IMG/VR virus record: IMGVR_UViG_3300020392_000014
Coordinates: 1-61,408 of that record
Direction: 5' to 3' (one strand)
Length of the DNA: 61,408 nucleotides
Source: a virus
Taxonomy: Duplodnaviria; Caudoviricetes
Within the stretch, counting starts at the first letter, position 1. Every line of letters starts with the position of its first letter. Made by a program: the position numbers and the translations under genes. A model generated the notes under the pieces. It was given only the letters and a program-made list of their open reading frames with translations, searched no databases and was not told where the DNA came from. Of the stretch, positions 28,412-38,968 are shown in pieces.

Positions 28412-29332
28412 ATGGCATACATAAATGATTTTGCATATTATAATAATTCAGGAGGAACACCTGTAGACAAAAACTGGGGTACGTACCAGTTTGTATCATT
28501 AGATGAAATTGTAAATAATTTTATGTTAATGTATCAGGGCAACAATTCTCTTGTAAATAACATAGAAAGATACCAAATACTTTTTCACGCAAAACGTGGT
28601 ATACAGGAGTTGAATTATGATGCTATGAAAGAAATAAAAGTTTTGCAACTTGACTTAAATGAAGAATTAAGATTTATTCTTCCGCATGATTATGTAAATT
28701 GGGTTAGAATATCTTATTACAAGGATGGCCTACTATTACCATTAACAGAAAATATACAAACTGGTTGGGCTACTGCCTATTTACAGGATAATGATTCAAA
28801 AATACTTTTTGATCAAGATGGTAATGTACTTAAACCGCAGGATTCTGAACTAGACATATCTTTTCATAGCGGAGCAAAATCTATTTATTTAAATCAAAAT
28901 AGCCCTTTTCATGGATGCGAGGGTGTTTGTATAGATGGTTGTTGGTATTTTGATAGAGCAGTTGGGTCTAGGTTTGGACTAAACACAGAAACAGCTAATA
29001 TGAATCCAACGTTTTCTATTGACAAACAAAGCGGTGTAATTAATTTTAGTTCCATAGCTAATAACGCATCTATAGTTTTGGAATATGTTTCAGATGGAAT
29101 GGAGAATGGAACAGACTCGAACATCAGTATAAACAAACTTTTTGAAGAATACATTTATGCGTATATTAAATATGCTATTTTGAATGGTAGATTAGGAGTA
29201 CAAGAATATATAGTCAATAGAGCAAGAAAAGATAAATCATCTTTGCTTCGTAATGCAAAAATTAGATTAAGTAATATACACCCTGGTCGACTCTTAATGA
29301 ATTTAAGAGGCCAGGCTAAATGGATAAAGTAG
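28412..29332 (+). CDS. Tail adaptor / ring protein 2
   Basis: FILPHDYVNWVRI motif resembles the preceding gene; position. Confidence 0.6.
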   Translation: MAYINDFAYYNNSGGTPVDKNWGTYQFVSLDEIVNNFMLMYQGNNSLVNNIERYQILFHAKRGIQELNYDAMKEIKVLQLDLNEELRFILPHDYVNWVRISYYKDGLLLPLTENIQTGWATAYLQDNDSKILFDQDGNVLKPQDSELDISFHSGAKSIYLNQNSPFHGCEGVCIDGCWYFDRAVGSRFGLNTETANMNPTFSIDKQSGVINFSSIANNASIVLEYVSDGMENGTDSNISINKLFEEYIYAYIKYAILNGRLGVQEYIVNRARKDKSSLLRNAKIRLSNIHPGRLLMNLRGQAKWIK

Positions 29333-29333
29333 T

Positions 29334-32300
29334 ATGCCTATAAGAACAACAAACTTTGTAGCGGGTAGAATGAATAAAAGCGTGGATGAAAGGATTCTTC
29401 CACCGGGAGAATACGTCGATGCTATAAATGTTAGACTTGGTTCTACAGAGACAACAGAAATAGGTGCAGTAGAAAACTCAAAAGGCAACACACAACTAAC
29501 AACATTAAAGCACAATAACACACCTTTAACAGACGGTGTTTGTATAGGGGCGTTTCAAGACGGAGAAAAAGAAACTATTTATTGGTTTATAGCTTCTCCT
29601 ACTGCTGATATGATTGTTTCTTTTAATACAAATTCTGAGCTACTAAGATACCATGTAGTTTCGTCTAGTGTTTTAAATTTTAATGCACAATATCTAATTA
29701 CAGGTATAAATAAAATTGGTGATTTATTATTTTTCACTGACGACTTAAATCCGCCAAGAAAAATAAACGTAACCAAAGATTACACTAATGTTACAGCTGA
29801 AGAATTAAAAGTTATAGTAAAGCCCCCTGCAGAGGCTCCTGGCATAACTATGTTAAGTCAAGCGACAGAGGCAAACTTTTTAGAATCAAGGATGGTAACA
29901 TTTGCGTATAGATATAAATACGAAGATGACGAATATAGCGCTTTATCACAATTTACAGATATTGCATTTGTACCTGGCGTATTTTCTTTGGATGCTTCTA
30001 CTAATTTAAATGCAGGTATGAAAAACATATTTAATGCAGTAGAGGTTAGTTTCAACACAGGCTCTAGTTTAGTAAAAGGCATAGACTTATGTTTTAAGTT
30101 TGCTGACTCAAATCTAATCAACGTGATAGAAAAGTTTGACAAGGATGATTTTGGTTGGCCTGATAATTCTATACAGACACAAACATTCACGAACAGCAAA
30201 GTATATACTACATTACCTGATTCAGAGCTATTGAGATTATATGATAATGTACCATTAGTTGCTAAAGGGCAAACTATAATGGGTAACAGATTGATATATG
30301 GAAATTATGAAGACGGTAATGATTTGATAGATTCAAATGGTTCAACTTGTCAAATAAATTTTGAAAGTGAATTAACCACACAAAACATAGATTTAACTGA
30401 AATATCTACAAGTTTTGCAAATGGTGTAAACTATACTATTGACACAACTGAAACCATAGCTCAATCAGCAATAGTTATGGATTTATCGACTGTAAAAACA
30501 AAATTAAAAGCTGGTGCTTTTCTATCATTAGATTTACAATTCAGTCATAATAAATACACTGGAAACAATGGGACTGTGACAGGTCAGCAAGGTTCTACAG
30601 AAATAACAAATGTATTCACACTGCCTCAAGACTTCAATACTGTTTTTGAAATGGCATCAAGCGATGCTTTTCAAGCAGCAATAGGAACGCAAATACAGCA
30701 TTTTCAAACTGTAGCAAACTGTGCAAGTGGAACATCTTATACAGATACATTTAATTGTAGTATAACAAATCCTGCTGACTCTGATAATAATGTCACATGG
30801 CAAAAAAACGCAAGCGGTATTACAGGATTAGATCAAGGGTTTTTAATAACCACTAGTCCAGGTAGTGATAATATTACTATACAAATACCTGCAATGAAAT
30901 TTGTAGACATAGAAGCTGGTGGAGGCACAGCTGCAGCGTTATTCGAGTATTTTAATTTTACAAGAGCAGACGTACAATTTTTAAGAAATAACAGTATAAA
31001 AAGCTTGCATAGTAATAGAAATTACGAAGTAGGTATAGTCTATATGGACGAATACGCCAGAAGCACTACAGCTTTGGTGTCTCCAGATAATACCGTGTTT
31101 GTTCCAGCTAGTAATTCTATAATACAAAATAAAATAAAAGTTACTATACCTACAACACAAAAACCCCCAAGCTGGGCTACTAAATACAAGTTCGTAGTCA
31201 AACGTGCAGAGGGGCCGTATGACACAATATATAGTAATTTTTATTATTCAAACACTACAGATAACTCTGTTTTTTTTAAGTTAGAGGGTCAAAATCAAAC
31301 AAAGGTAAAAGTTGGAGACATACTCAGGGTAAAAGCAGATAGCCAAGGCGCAAGATCGGTATTAGCTGAATGTGAAGTTTTAGAAGTAGAAGCAAAGCCA
31401 CAAAACTTTTTAACACCTTCTGCAAGTATAGAGACCGGAGGACAACCTCCATTTATATCAGAGCTAGCTGGTTTATATATGCAGATAAAACCTACAAGTT
31501 TTACTGTTGATACTTCTGATAGTAGTTCTTTTTTTGACTCACAAACAGAAATAGCTAGAACAGTAAAAAGAAACAATCAACCAGCTATACTTATACCATG
31601 TTTCGAAACCTCACCAACCGGTGTAAAAACAAATTTAGAAATACCTGCTTCTAGTTTGGTAACATTTGATTTAAGATTTACTAGAGTGGGCACAGGTTCA
31701 GGTGGATGTGGTTCTAAAATATATGATTACAATAGAACATTTCAAGCAAGTACAGATTATAGTAACTTGTTTGATTTTGTTAATGGAGAAAATATAGATT
31801 TTAAAGGTGGTGTAGATACTAGTCAGGACGATTCAGGAGCAAATACAAATGTTTATATAAATACATTGAACCCGTCAAATAGCGCTGTACCGACAAAAGT
31901 CATTAACGAAAATAGATATCAATTTACCACAAGTGACTCCGCAGCGCCATCCAATAGTAATCAATTATTTCTTGGCATAAGCTCAGGTACACCGGGTTGT
32001 GGTAGTCTAAGGGGAAAATATTCTGTTGTAGAAGGAAGAATTATTGTACAAATAGCTGATTCTTTGATGGTATTTGAAACCACACCTATTGATGTCGATA
32101 ATGATATATACTATGAGGATGATACAAATTATAATATTACAAATAATTTTCACATGTCCGGAACAGAAACAGGAGACCAAAACCAAACTGCTTCAGTACC
32201 AGCTTTAGTTAACTTAGGGTTTTTTGATTGTTTCGCTTTTGGAAATGGGGTAGAAAGTTTTAAAGTAGAAGATTCATTAGTAGGCCAATCATTCAATTTA

Positions 32301-34157
32301 GGTCAGCGTGTAACCTCAGTATCACAGCAAGATTATAAAAAAGCAGACAGGTTTGCTAGTTTAACATATAGCGGTATATATGTAGAAGAAACAAACATAA
32401 ATAGATTAAATGAATTTAATTTAGGCTTAGCAAACTTTAAAGACTTAGAGGTTTCGTATGGGCCGATACAGATACTGCATCCTAGACAAACAGATATACT
32501 TGTTTTACAAGAAGATAAAATTAGTTATGTATTAGCTAATAAAGATTTACTAACAACTACTAGTGGAGACAGTGCAGTTACAGCAAGTAATTTAGTTTTA
32601 GGAAATCAAGTGGCTAGAGTAGAAGAGTACGGTATTAGTTCCAACGCAGAAAGCTTCACGGCTTATGGAGCGTATAAATTTTTTACAGATGCAAAAAGGT
32701 CAGCTGTAATTATGCTAAATGGAGCATCTCAACAAGAACAATTAAACGTTATATCTGATATTGGTATGAGGTCGTTTTTTAGAGATATGTTCATTAATAA
32801 TTTTAATAAATTTAAATTAGGTGGATATGATCCATATATGGATGAGTATGTGTTAGCATCTAGTGATTCGAGCATGCCTGTTGTTATACCTAACACTAAT
32901 TGTGGTGTTAATATAGCTAAACAAAATATTACTACTGTCACTACTGTTACAGTAGACTTTACTTCGGCTCAAGGAGTTGTAACATTTAATTACAATGTTA
33001 GCACAGGCACAGTAAATTTAACTGTAAACTGGAATGGTTCAAATGTAATTAGCCAATCTATCACTGGTAATGGTACATTAAATTTTGATAAAAATTTAGC
33101 TAATCCTAATACAGCCACAGTTACTATAACTCCATCAGGTACAGCATCATTTGATATAACACCATCTTGCCCTGCAACAAACTTAATTACTGTAGTACAG
33201 ATGGCTCTCACTAGCCCAGCCGATAATGGTAAATTTGTACACAATCAGTATTTGTGGGAAAAAAATTCTTTAAATAGCCCTACTGCTAGCGAGCTTATAA
33301 CGTTTAACAGTTCGGGCACTTCACCAGTTAGTAGTTTTATATCTACTGATGGCCAGTCTTCTATAGGTTTATTTCCTGTTAGTGGTTCTACTTTGACAGA
33401 ACAATCAAATAAAAAAGACTTTGATGATTTTGTTTTTGATATTGGAGTGAATAAATTTAAATATTTAGTTTCAAACACAGAATACAACGCAACACAATGG
33501 GCTACTATAGACGCTGCAGCAGCAGTTGCAACACCTATATCAAACCCTTCAAGTGGTTTATTTCAAGCATCATTCACTTATAGTAACCCTTCGAATCATA
33601 GGTATTTATATTTAATATGGGATTACAGAGAACCTACAACAGCTAGTTTAAGATTTGGAGCGACTGCTAGTATCGCATGTTGTTCAGGTAGTGTTTCTAC
33701 TTTTCATTTAGACACAGCTAGTTTCGCAACAGCTCATGCTGTTTACACAGATTCAACTTTACAAGTAAAAGCTGCAGATCAGTTTTATCAAACAGGAAAT
33801 TTCGTTAGACAGCAATCAGGAGGTATTTTACTTCCAGGACAAACTTGTGCTGCTTGCGGGAATGCTGTTGGTTTATGTTATAGCACAACAAGCGCTGATG
33901 ATGTTTGTTGCACAGGATGTACGTACACTAGCTATAGTTCATCACTTGTTAGCACTACTAGAGCTGGAGCTTGTGGTCTTTCACAAACAGCTACCTATTT
34001 CCATAATGGTACAGGAGCAACACCTGTTGTAAATAACTTTGTATATGCAAACAGTGACGCTACTACAAAACTTGGAGCAGGATATTACTCATTAAGCGCA
34101 ACATCAGTTATATTTGTTAATTCAAATGGTATGGTAGAAAATTTATTAACTTGTTAA
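29334..34157 (+). CDS. Tail stabilisation / nozzle protein, N-terminal part, with Cys-rich appended modules
   Basis: NFVAGRMNKSVDER...EYVDAINVR start; propeller-like blades up to GGYDPYMDEYVL. Confidence 0.7.
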   Translation: MPIRTTNFVAGRMNKSVDERILPPGEYVDAINVRLGSTETTEIGAVENSKGNTQLTTLKHNNTPLTDGVCIGAFQDGEKETIYWFIASPTADMIVSFNTNSELLRYHVVSSSVLNFNAQYLITGINKIGDLLFFTDDLNPPRKINVTKDYTNVTAEELKVIVKPPAEAPGITMLSQATEANFLESRMVTFAYRYKYEDDEYSALSQFTDIAFVPGVFSLDASTNLNAGMKNIFNAVEVSFNTGSSLVKGIDLCFKFADSNLINVIEKFDKDDFGWPDNSIQTQTFTNSKVYTTLPDSELLRLYDNVPLVAKGQTIMGNRLIYGNYEDGNDLIDSNGSTCQINFESELTTQNIDLTEISTSFANGVNYTIDTTETIAQSAIVMDLSTVKTKLKAGAFLSLDLQFSHNKYTGNNGTVTGQQGSTEITNVFTLPQDFNTVFEMASSDAFQAAIGTQIQHFQTVANCASGTSYTDTFNCSITNPADSDNNVTWQKNASGITGLDQGFLITTSPGSDNITIQIPAMKFVDIEAGGGTAAALFEYFNFTRADVQFLRNNSIKSLHSNRNYEVGIVYMDEYARSTTALVSPDNTVFVPASNSIIQNKIKVTIPTTQKPPSWATKYKFVVKRAEGPYDTIYSNFYYSNTTDNSVFFKLEGQNQTKVKVGDILRVKADSQGARSVLAECEVLEVEAKPQNFLTPSASIETGGQPPFISELAGLYMQIKPTSFTVDTSDSSSFFDSQTEIARTVKRNNQPAILIPCFETSPTGVKTNLEIPASSLVTFDLRFTRVGTGSGGCGSKIYDYNRTFQASTDYSNLFDFVNGENIDFKGGVDTSQDDSGANTNVYINTLNPSNSAVPTKVINENRYQFTTSDSAAPSNSNQLFLGISSGTPGCGSLRGKYSVVEGRIIVQIADSLMVFETTPIDVDNDIYYEDDTNYNITNNFHMSGTETGDQNQTASVPALVNLGFFDCFAFGNGVESFKVEDSLVGQSFNLGQRVTSVSQQDYKKADRFASLTYSGIYVEETNINRLNEFNLGLANFKDLEVSYGPIQILHPRQTDILVLQEDKISYVLANKDLLTTTSGDSAVTASNLVLGNQVARVEEYGISSNAESFTAYGAYKFFTDAKRSAVIMLNGASQQEQLNVISDIGMRSFFRDMFINNFNKFKLGGYDPYMDEYVLASSDSSMPVVIPNTNCGVNIAKQNITTVTTVTVDFTSAQGVVTFNYNVSTGTVNLTVNWNGSNVISQSITGNGTLNFDKNLANPNTATVTITPSGTASFDITPSCPATNLITVVQMALTSPADNGKFVHNQYLWEKNSLNSPTASELITFNSSGTSPVSSFISTDGQSSIGLFPVSGSTLTEQSNKKDFDDFVFDIGVNKFKYLVSNTEYNATQWATIDAAAAVATPISNPSSGLFQASFTYSNPSNHRYLYLIWDYREPTTASLRFGATASIACCSGSVSTFHLDTASFATAHAVYTDSTLQVKAADQFYQTGNFVRQQSGGILLPGQTCAACGNAVGLCYSTTSADDVCCTGCTYTSYSSSLVSTTRAGACGLSQTATYFHNGTGATPVVNNFVYANSDATTKLGAGYYSLSATSVIFVNSNGMVENLLTC

Positions 34158-34161
34158 GATT

Positions 34162-35394
34162 ATGCCACAGGATAGTACATATTATATAGACACCAATTTA
34201 TTTTCAACAGCTACTGCTGTTTGGATAGATTCATCACTTACGAATAAAGCTCCAGACGGATGGTATCAAGACCCTAGCGAAACAACTTCAACATATAGAC
34301 AACAAACAGGTGGCACTTTAGGCGCTGCCGCTAATTGTCAATGCTCAGTACCTTGTGGAAGCGATGTATCAGCTAGTGGAAATGTAGGTGAGTATACAAT
34401 CGATATTGACACAGGAACAGATGTAGGAGCTATAGTTGTATATTTTCAACCATTCAATATACCAGATGGTATTATAGCAACGTATGATTCAGCTACATTT
34501 AACACACTTACAACAAATGCTCATGGAGTTGAAACTGCAACTGCTGGAAAATTAAATTTTGTTGGAAAAACAGGTGAAACGAATTGTGAAGCAACTGATT
34601 TAGAGGGTAGTTCAACTATTGTTTCACAGTTTGTGTATAGTGGTAGTGCGTTTGTAGATACAGGTTCTGATACTCATATAGTTATTCCGTCATCAGGTAC
34701 AGTTAATTTAAATTCTACAGGGGATATATATTATACTCTTGTTGTTCCCAAACCTAATGCTTCACCTGCTAATGTGCAGTTGAAAATAGCAGGCGTATGT
34801 ACAGGAACCGCATTTAGATTTAAAGCTTTTTGCCCAACAGCGTTATCATCATTTTCGAGTAGCACTGTGGAATCTACATCAGGAGCTGCTTGTAGCGCAA
34901 CACAAAATCAAACCTTTTTCTTTGCTAAAAACTCATCTACTACAGGTAATGTCGCACCAGTAGTTGACACTAACACTATACCTCAAGTAGGTAATTTTGT
35001 TTTTTCGAACAATACAGGGGCAACACCTTTATCAGATGGTTTTGTAAAGATTACAGCTGGGTCTGTGGCTCAAATAGCAACAGGAGTTGTCACAGCTATA
35101 ACTAGTTGTGGAGCTTCATTGACATCTTATTCGTCATCATCAGCTGGAGTATTTAATAATGTTTGTGCTGTAGATGGTAGTGTATTCCCAATAAATCAAA
35201 CCTTCCATCATGATGGGTCAGGAAGTAATCCAGCGGCAGGTGATCATTGTTACTCAGATGCAGGAGGAACTTCACCTTTACCAGCAGGTTATTATCAATT
35301 ACAACCATCTAGTACAGGTGCAGGCAACAGAACTTATTTACAAATAACCGGGTTATTAGGTCAGGTAGCTGCCTCGTTCCCACAAACTTGTTAA
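34162..35394 (+). CDS. Cys-rich modular virion protein
   Basis: Modules homologous to the C-terminus of 29334 and to 10032. Confidence 0.65.
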   Translation: MPQDSTYYIDTNLFSTATAVWIDSSLTNKAPDGWYQDPSETTSTYRQQTGGTLGAAANCQCSVPCGSDVSASGNVGEYTIDIDTGTDVGAIVVYFQPFNIPDGIIATYDSATFNTLTTNAHGVETATAGKLNFVGKTGETNCEATDLEGSSTIVSQFVYSGSAFVDTGSDTHIVIPSSGTVNLNSTGDIYYTLVVPKPNASPANVQLKIAGVCTGTAFRFKAFCPTALSSFSSSTVESTSGAACSATQNQTFFFAKNSSTTGNVAPVVDTNTIPQVGNFVFSNNTGATPLSDGFVKITAGSVAQIATGVVTAITSCGASLTSYSSSSAGVFNNVCAVDGSVFPINQTFHHDGSGSNPAAGDHCYSDAGGTSPLPAGYYQLQPSSTGAGNRTYLQITGLLGQVAASFPQTC

Positions 35395-35396
35395 TT

Positions 35397-36167
35397 ATGG
35401 CTATAACAGTTTCATTTAATCCAGAAGGAAAAACACCAGGGTGGCCGTCTTTCTATACCTTTTTTCCAGAAAAGATGATAGGTATGAATGGGTATTTTTA
35501 TTCTTTTAAAAACGGTAATCTATATAGGCATAACACCAATTCGTTGCGTAACAACTATTATGGTGTTCAAGGCATATCCAGTATAACTAGCGTGTTTAAT
35601 CCTTTACCTACAAAAGATATAAAGCTTTTTAAAACCATGTCGTTTGAGAGTAATGCTAGTTGGGCTGTAACAAATCTTGAAACAGATTTAAACAGTGGCT
35701 CCATGTTAGAGACTTATTTTGAACAAAAAGAAGGCGAGTGGTTTTCATATATTAGAAACAATGCTGGTGCAGTAGATTGGAAATTACGTTCAGCTAGTGG
35801 ATTAGGTATAGCTGCTACAGCTACAGGGCCTGCTAACGCAACAGTTGTTACATTTAGTGAGCCTATAGGTAATGTAATAAGTATAAACGATATAATATAC
35901 ATAGCCACTGTTACAGGAATCAATACAGATACACCTGTATTATCAGGGCCAGTTACAGCCATTACAAGTAATTCTATTACTGTTGATGCCTCGGGGGCTG
36001 GAGCAACAGCGCCAACAGCAGGTAAAATGATTTTATATTATAAAAACAGTGTTGCTGAATCAAGTGGAGCTAGAGGATACTACATGGAATTTACTATGAC
36101 TAATGATGATACAACGCCAGTAGAGCTGTTTTCCGTAGGAAGCAGCATTATGAAAAGTTATCCTTAG
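35397..36167 (+). CDS. Tail stabilisation protein, C-terminal part
   Basis: TVSF...GWPSFYTFFPE...FKNGNLYRHN...KEGEWFSYI...RGYY; ATG at 35397. Confidence 0.6.
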   Translation: MAITVSFNPEGKTPGWPSFYTFFPEKMIGMNGYFYSFKNGNLYRHNTNSLRNNYYGVQGISSITSVFNPLPTKDIKLFKTMSFESNASWAVTNLETDLNSGSMLETYFEQKEGEWFSYIRNNAGAVDWKLRSASGLGIAATATGPANATVVTFSEPIGNVISINDIIYIATVTGINTDTPVLSGPVTAITSNSITVDASGAGATAPTAGKMILYYKNSVAESSGARGYYMEFTMTNDDTTPVELFSVGSSIMKSYP

Positions 36168-36174
36168 AATTTAC

Positions 36175-36182
36175 TATCTTTG
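36175..36182 (+). promoter_or_regulatory. -7 promoter element TATCTTTG (internal virion protein operon)
   Basis: TAnnTTTG followed by C, before the ATG at 36206. Confidence 0.6.
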
Positions 36183-36205
36183 CTAAATAGCAAAAATATA
36201 TAATT

Positions 36206-37111
36206 ATGGCATTATCAGCAATTTTAGGAGCAGCAGCAGCTGCAACAAGTTTGACAGGCTCTGGCTTGTCTTTCTCTCAAGCTGCAAAACAAAAAAAAGC
36301 ACAAGAAAAAGCAGAAAGGGAATCACAAGCGTTAATGCAGCAAGCACGAGACAGAATGCAAACAAGATTTTTTGAACAGTTGAGGCTTCCTACAGAAGCA
36401 TACGATAGACAGTTTAGAGAAAACACAGCGCAGCAAAAACAAGCTTTACAAGCTTTAAGTGAATCAGACCCAAGAAGTTTAGCAGCAGGCGTGGGTAAAG
36501 TAGCGGCAGCTGGCGTAGCCGGGAATCAAGCATTACAAGAGCAAATGAGTAAAGAATTATTTGAACTGCAAAAACTAAAAGCAGCGGAACAACAAGCTAT
36601 AAATCAAGAACTTGTCGGTATGGATGTTGGCGAGGCTGCTAGTCAAAACTTAATGGCTAGAGACGCATCTTATGGGGTTACTCAAGGAATACAAGGTGGA
36701 ATAGCCGGTATAGGTGGAGCTGTTCAAGCCGCAGATAGTTTAGTGCCTTTATTTAGCATGAGCGGTGATGACAGAAGGGCTACAAGAATATTTAATAATT
36801 TAACAGATGCACAAAAAAATAACTTCCAACTTGCTGATGGTACGAGAATGAGTGATACTAGAATCATAGAAGAATTAAAAAGGCTAACGCCAGATCAACA
36901 AAAAGCTTTAAGAAAGAATCCAGGTAGCTTTGACTTTAATGTATTCAAGGTGACTGGAGACGGAACATTAGGTAATGCGGCATCGAAAATATTTCAAACA
37001 GCTAACACTTTAGATTTAGCTGAAGGTATTGGTAAAACCATTCCTATAGATCCACAGTTTTTAAGTTTGTCACCTAATGTTCAGCCTAGTTTTAATTTTC
37101 AATTTAAATAA
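36206..37111 (+). CDS. Internal virion / ejection protein 1
   Basis: Ala/Gly-rich hydrophobic N-terminus, Q/A-rich helices. Confidence 0.65.
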   Translation: MALSAILGAAAAATSLTGSGLSFSQAAKQKKAQEKAERESQALMQQARDRMQTRFFEQLRLPTEAYDRQFRENTAQQKQALQALSESDPRSLAAGVGKVAAAGVAGNQALQEQMSKELFELQKLKAAEQQAINQELVGMDVGEAASQNLMARDASYGVTQGIQGGIAGIGGAVQAADSLVPLFSMSGDDRRATRIFNNLTDAQKNNFQLADGTRMSDTRIIEELKRLTPDQQKALRKNPGSFDFNVFKVTGDGTLGNAASKIFQTANTLDLAEGIGKTIPIDPQFLSLSPNVQPSFNFQFK

Positions 37112-37114
37112 TAT

Positions 37115-38968
37115 ATGGCAGTTGATCCAAGTAAATATCAAATATATGCCGAGAAAGATTTAAACAGAGCTCAAATAGATTGGGGCACAGTAGGTAAAAC
37201 GTTATCTGATGGTTTAATAAGTATAGCAAAAGACAGAGAGGCAAGAAAACAACAGATTGCGGATGACACTGTTGATGCTATGAATAAATTAAGTGAAGTT
37301 CCTGATGTTAATAATCAGACTTTATCTAAAATGATTATTGATGGTAGCGACCAATCTAAACAAGAGCTTCAAGCAAGAATGGATTTAGTTAGGCGTGGTA
37401 TTATAAAGCCAAAAGATTACAAGCTTTTTATGAACGCTCAACAAAATGGATACAAAAGCCTTAGCACTGTAGTTCAAAATTACGATAAGTATTACACTGC
37501 AAAAATGGAGGCTATTGAAGCAGATACACAATCTAAACTAGATGCAGCCGTAGCAAAAAGTGTTGAACAGTTTGGTAATATAAATAACAAAGTATTATGG
37601 ACAAATCCTGTAAATGGTCAATTACAACTTGTCACAATGGAACAAGACGAAGATGGTAATTACACCAAAATGCCAGATCCAAACAAGAATCCCGAAAAGT
37701 TTCAAAATCCAAACACCATAAACACAATAATGCGTTTCAATGAAAAAAAGAAAGTATTACAGGATGAAGCAAAAAAGGTAACAGATACTATTGCATCATA
37801 TATAAGATCATCTGTTAATAACGGTGTTGTGAAAAAGACAAAAGATTTTAGGGATCAATTAATTGGAGGTAAGACGTATGATGAATGGATGAAAAGCCAA
37901 ATAGGTTTTTTGACCGCAACAGATAATGATGTAGCTCAGATATTGTCTAATTCAGGCGAGTATACATTTACATTTTCTAAAGAAGAGGCAGATAAAGACC
38001 CTAGTAAAATATTTGTTGACAATTCTTCTGGTAAACCTGTTTTAAGTATTTCTGACAAAGCAAAAGAAAGAGCTGAACAGTTAGCTAGAGAAGCTATTGA
38101 CTCTCAAATAGACAGCGAGATAACTAAAACTCCTGGATTTGACCCGCAAAGAAGTTCAGCCGCAGATGATAGGGATAAGAAAGATAGAGGAAAAAGAATC
38201 ATGGCCACCCTTAATAATTTAAGAGGTGCACAAACACCTGAACAAATGAGGCTTGCTGTTCAAGAGCTACAAGGTATTACAGGTTTAAGATTTAAAGATA
38301 TAGAAGAGATAAGAGAAGAGGTAACAATAAATGGTCAAAACAAAACAATAACTACTGGTGTAAACTTAAATCTTGACGGAACAGTTATACCTATGAGGTT
38401 TGGAGAAATTGATCCAGACACAGGAGAGTTTAAACCGACCACCGGAGCGGAATTTGCACAAGCTAATTATGAATATTTAGCTGACGATAAAGCTAGCACA
38501 GCTGATATTGCTTTAAAAGAATTTGGTGGCTCAGATAAATTCTTTAAAGATGTATCATTCGATCTTGAAAAAGGAACTAGAAATTTGAGTTATGGAACTA
38601 AAGGTAGTGTAGAATTTAATAAACCCTATAACTCAGGAGGTAAATCAACTAGTTTAAAAGATCAAATAATTAAAGCTTATACGGATGCAGACGATGCTTC
38701 TTTTGATATCAACCCTCTTGCGCCAGGAGTTGACATGACTGTATTAAAAAATAGTACCGAATCGGCGATTAGATCGGCATTTGAAGGACAAGGATTTAGT
38801 GTACCTAAAGGCTTTAAAGTTACTGATGATGGTAGAGATTTAGTAATTGAGGGTGTAGATAAATTAGGTGTTCCAGTAAAAATAAAAGCAAAAGATATAG
38901 GAAGCGTATCTACCGGCGTATCAGCACTAGAAGCTGCTGTTCAACAATTTATATCTAAATTTAATTAA
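37115..38968 (+). CDS. Internal virion / ejection protein 2
   Basis: 617-aa helical protein in the podovirus ejectosome position. Confidence 0.6.
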   Translation: MAVDPSKYQIYAEKDLNRAQIDWGTVGKTLSDGLISIAKDREARKQQIADDTVDAMNKLSEVPDVNNQTLSKMIIDGSDQSKQELQARMDLVRRGIIKPKDYKLFMNAQQNGYKSLSTVVQNYDKYYTAKMEAIEADTQSKLDAAVAKSVEQFGNINNKVLWTNPVNGQLQLVTMEQDEDGNYTKMPDPNKNPEKFQNPNTINTIMRFNEKKKVLQDEAKKVTDTIASYIRSSVNNGVVKKTKDFRDQLIGGKTYDEWMKSQIGFLTATDNDVAQILSNSGEYTFTFSKEEADKDPSKIFVDNSSGKPVLSISDKAKERAEQLAREAIDSQIDSEITKTPGFDPQRSSAADDRDKKDRGKRIMATLNNLRGAQTPEQMRLAVQELQGITGLRFKDIEEIREEVTINGQNKTITTGVNLNLDGTVIPMRFGEIDPDTGEFKPTTGAEFAQANYEYLADDKASTADIALKEFGGSDKFFKDVSFDLEKGTRNLSYGTKGSVEFNKPYNSGGKSTSLKDQIIKAYTDADDASFDINPLAPGVDMTVLKNSTESAIRSAFEGQGFSVPKGFKVTDDGRDLVIEGVDKLGVPVKIKAKDIGSVSTGVSALEAAVQQFISKFN

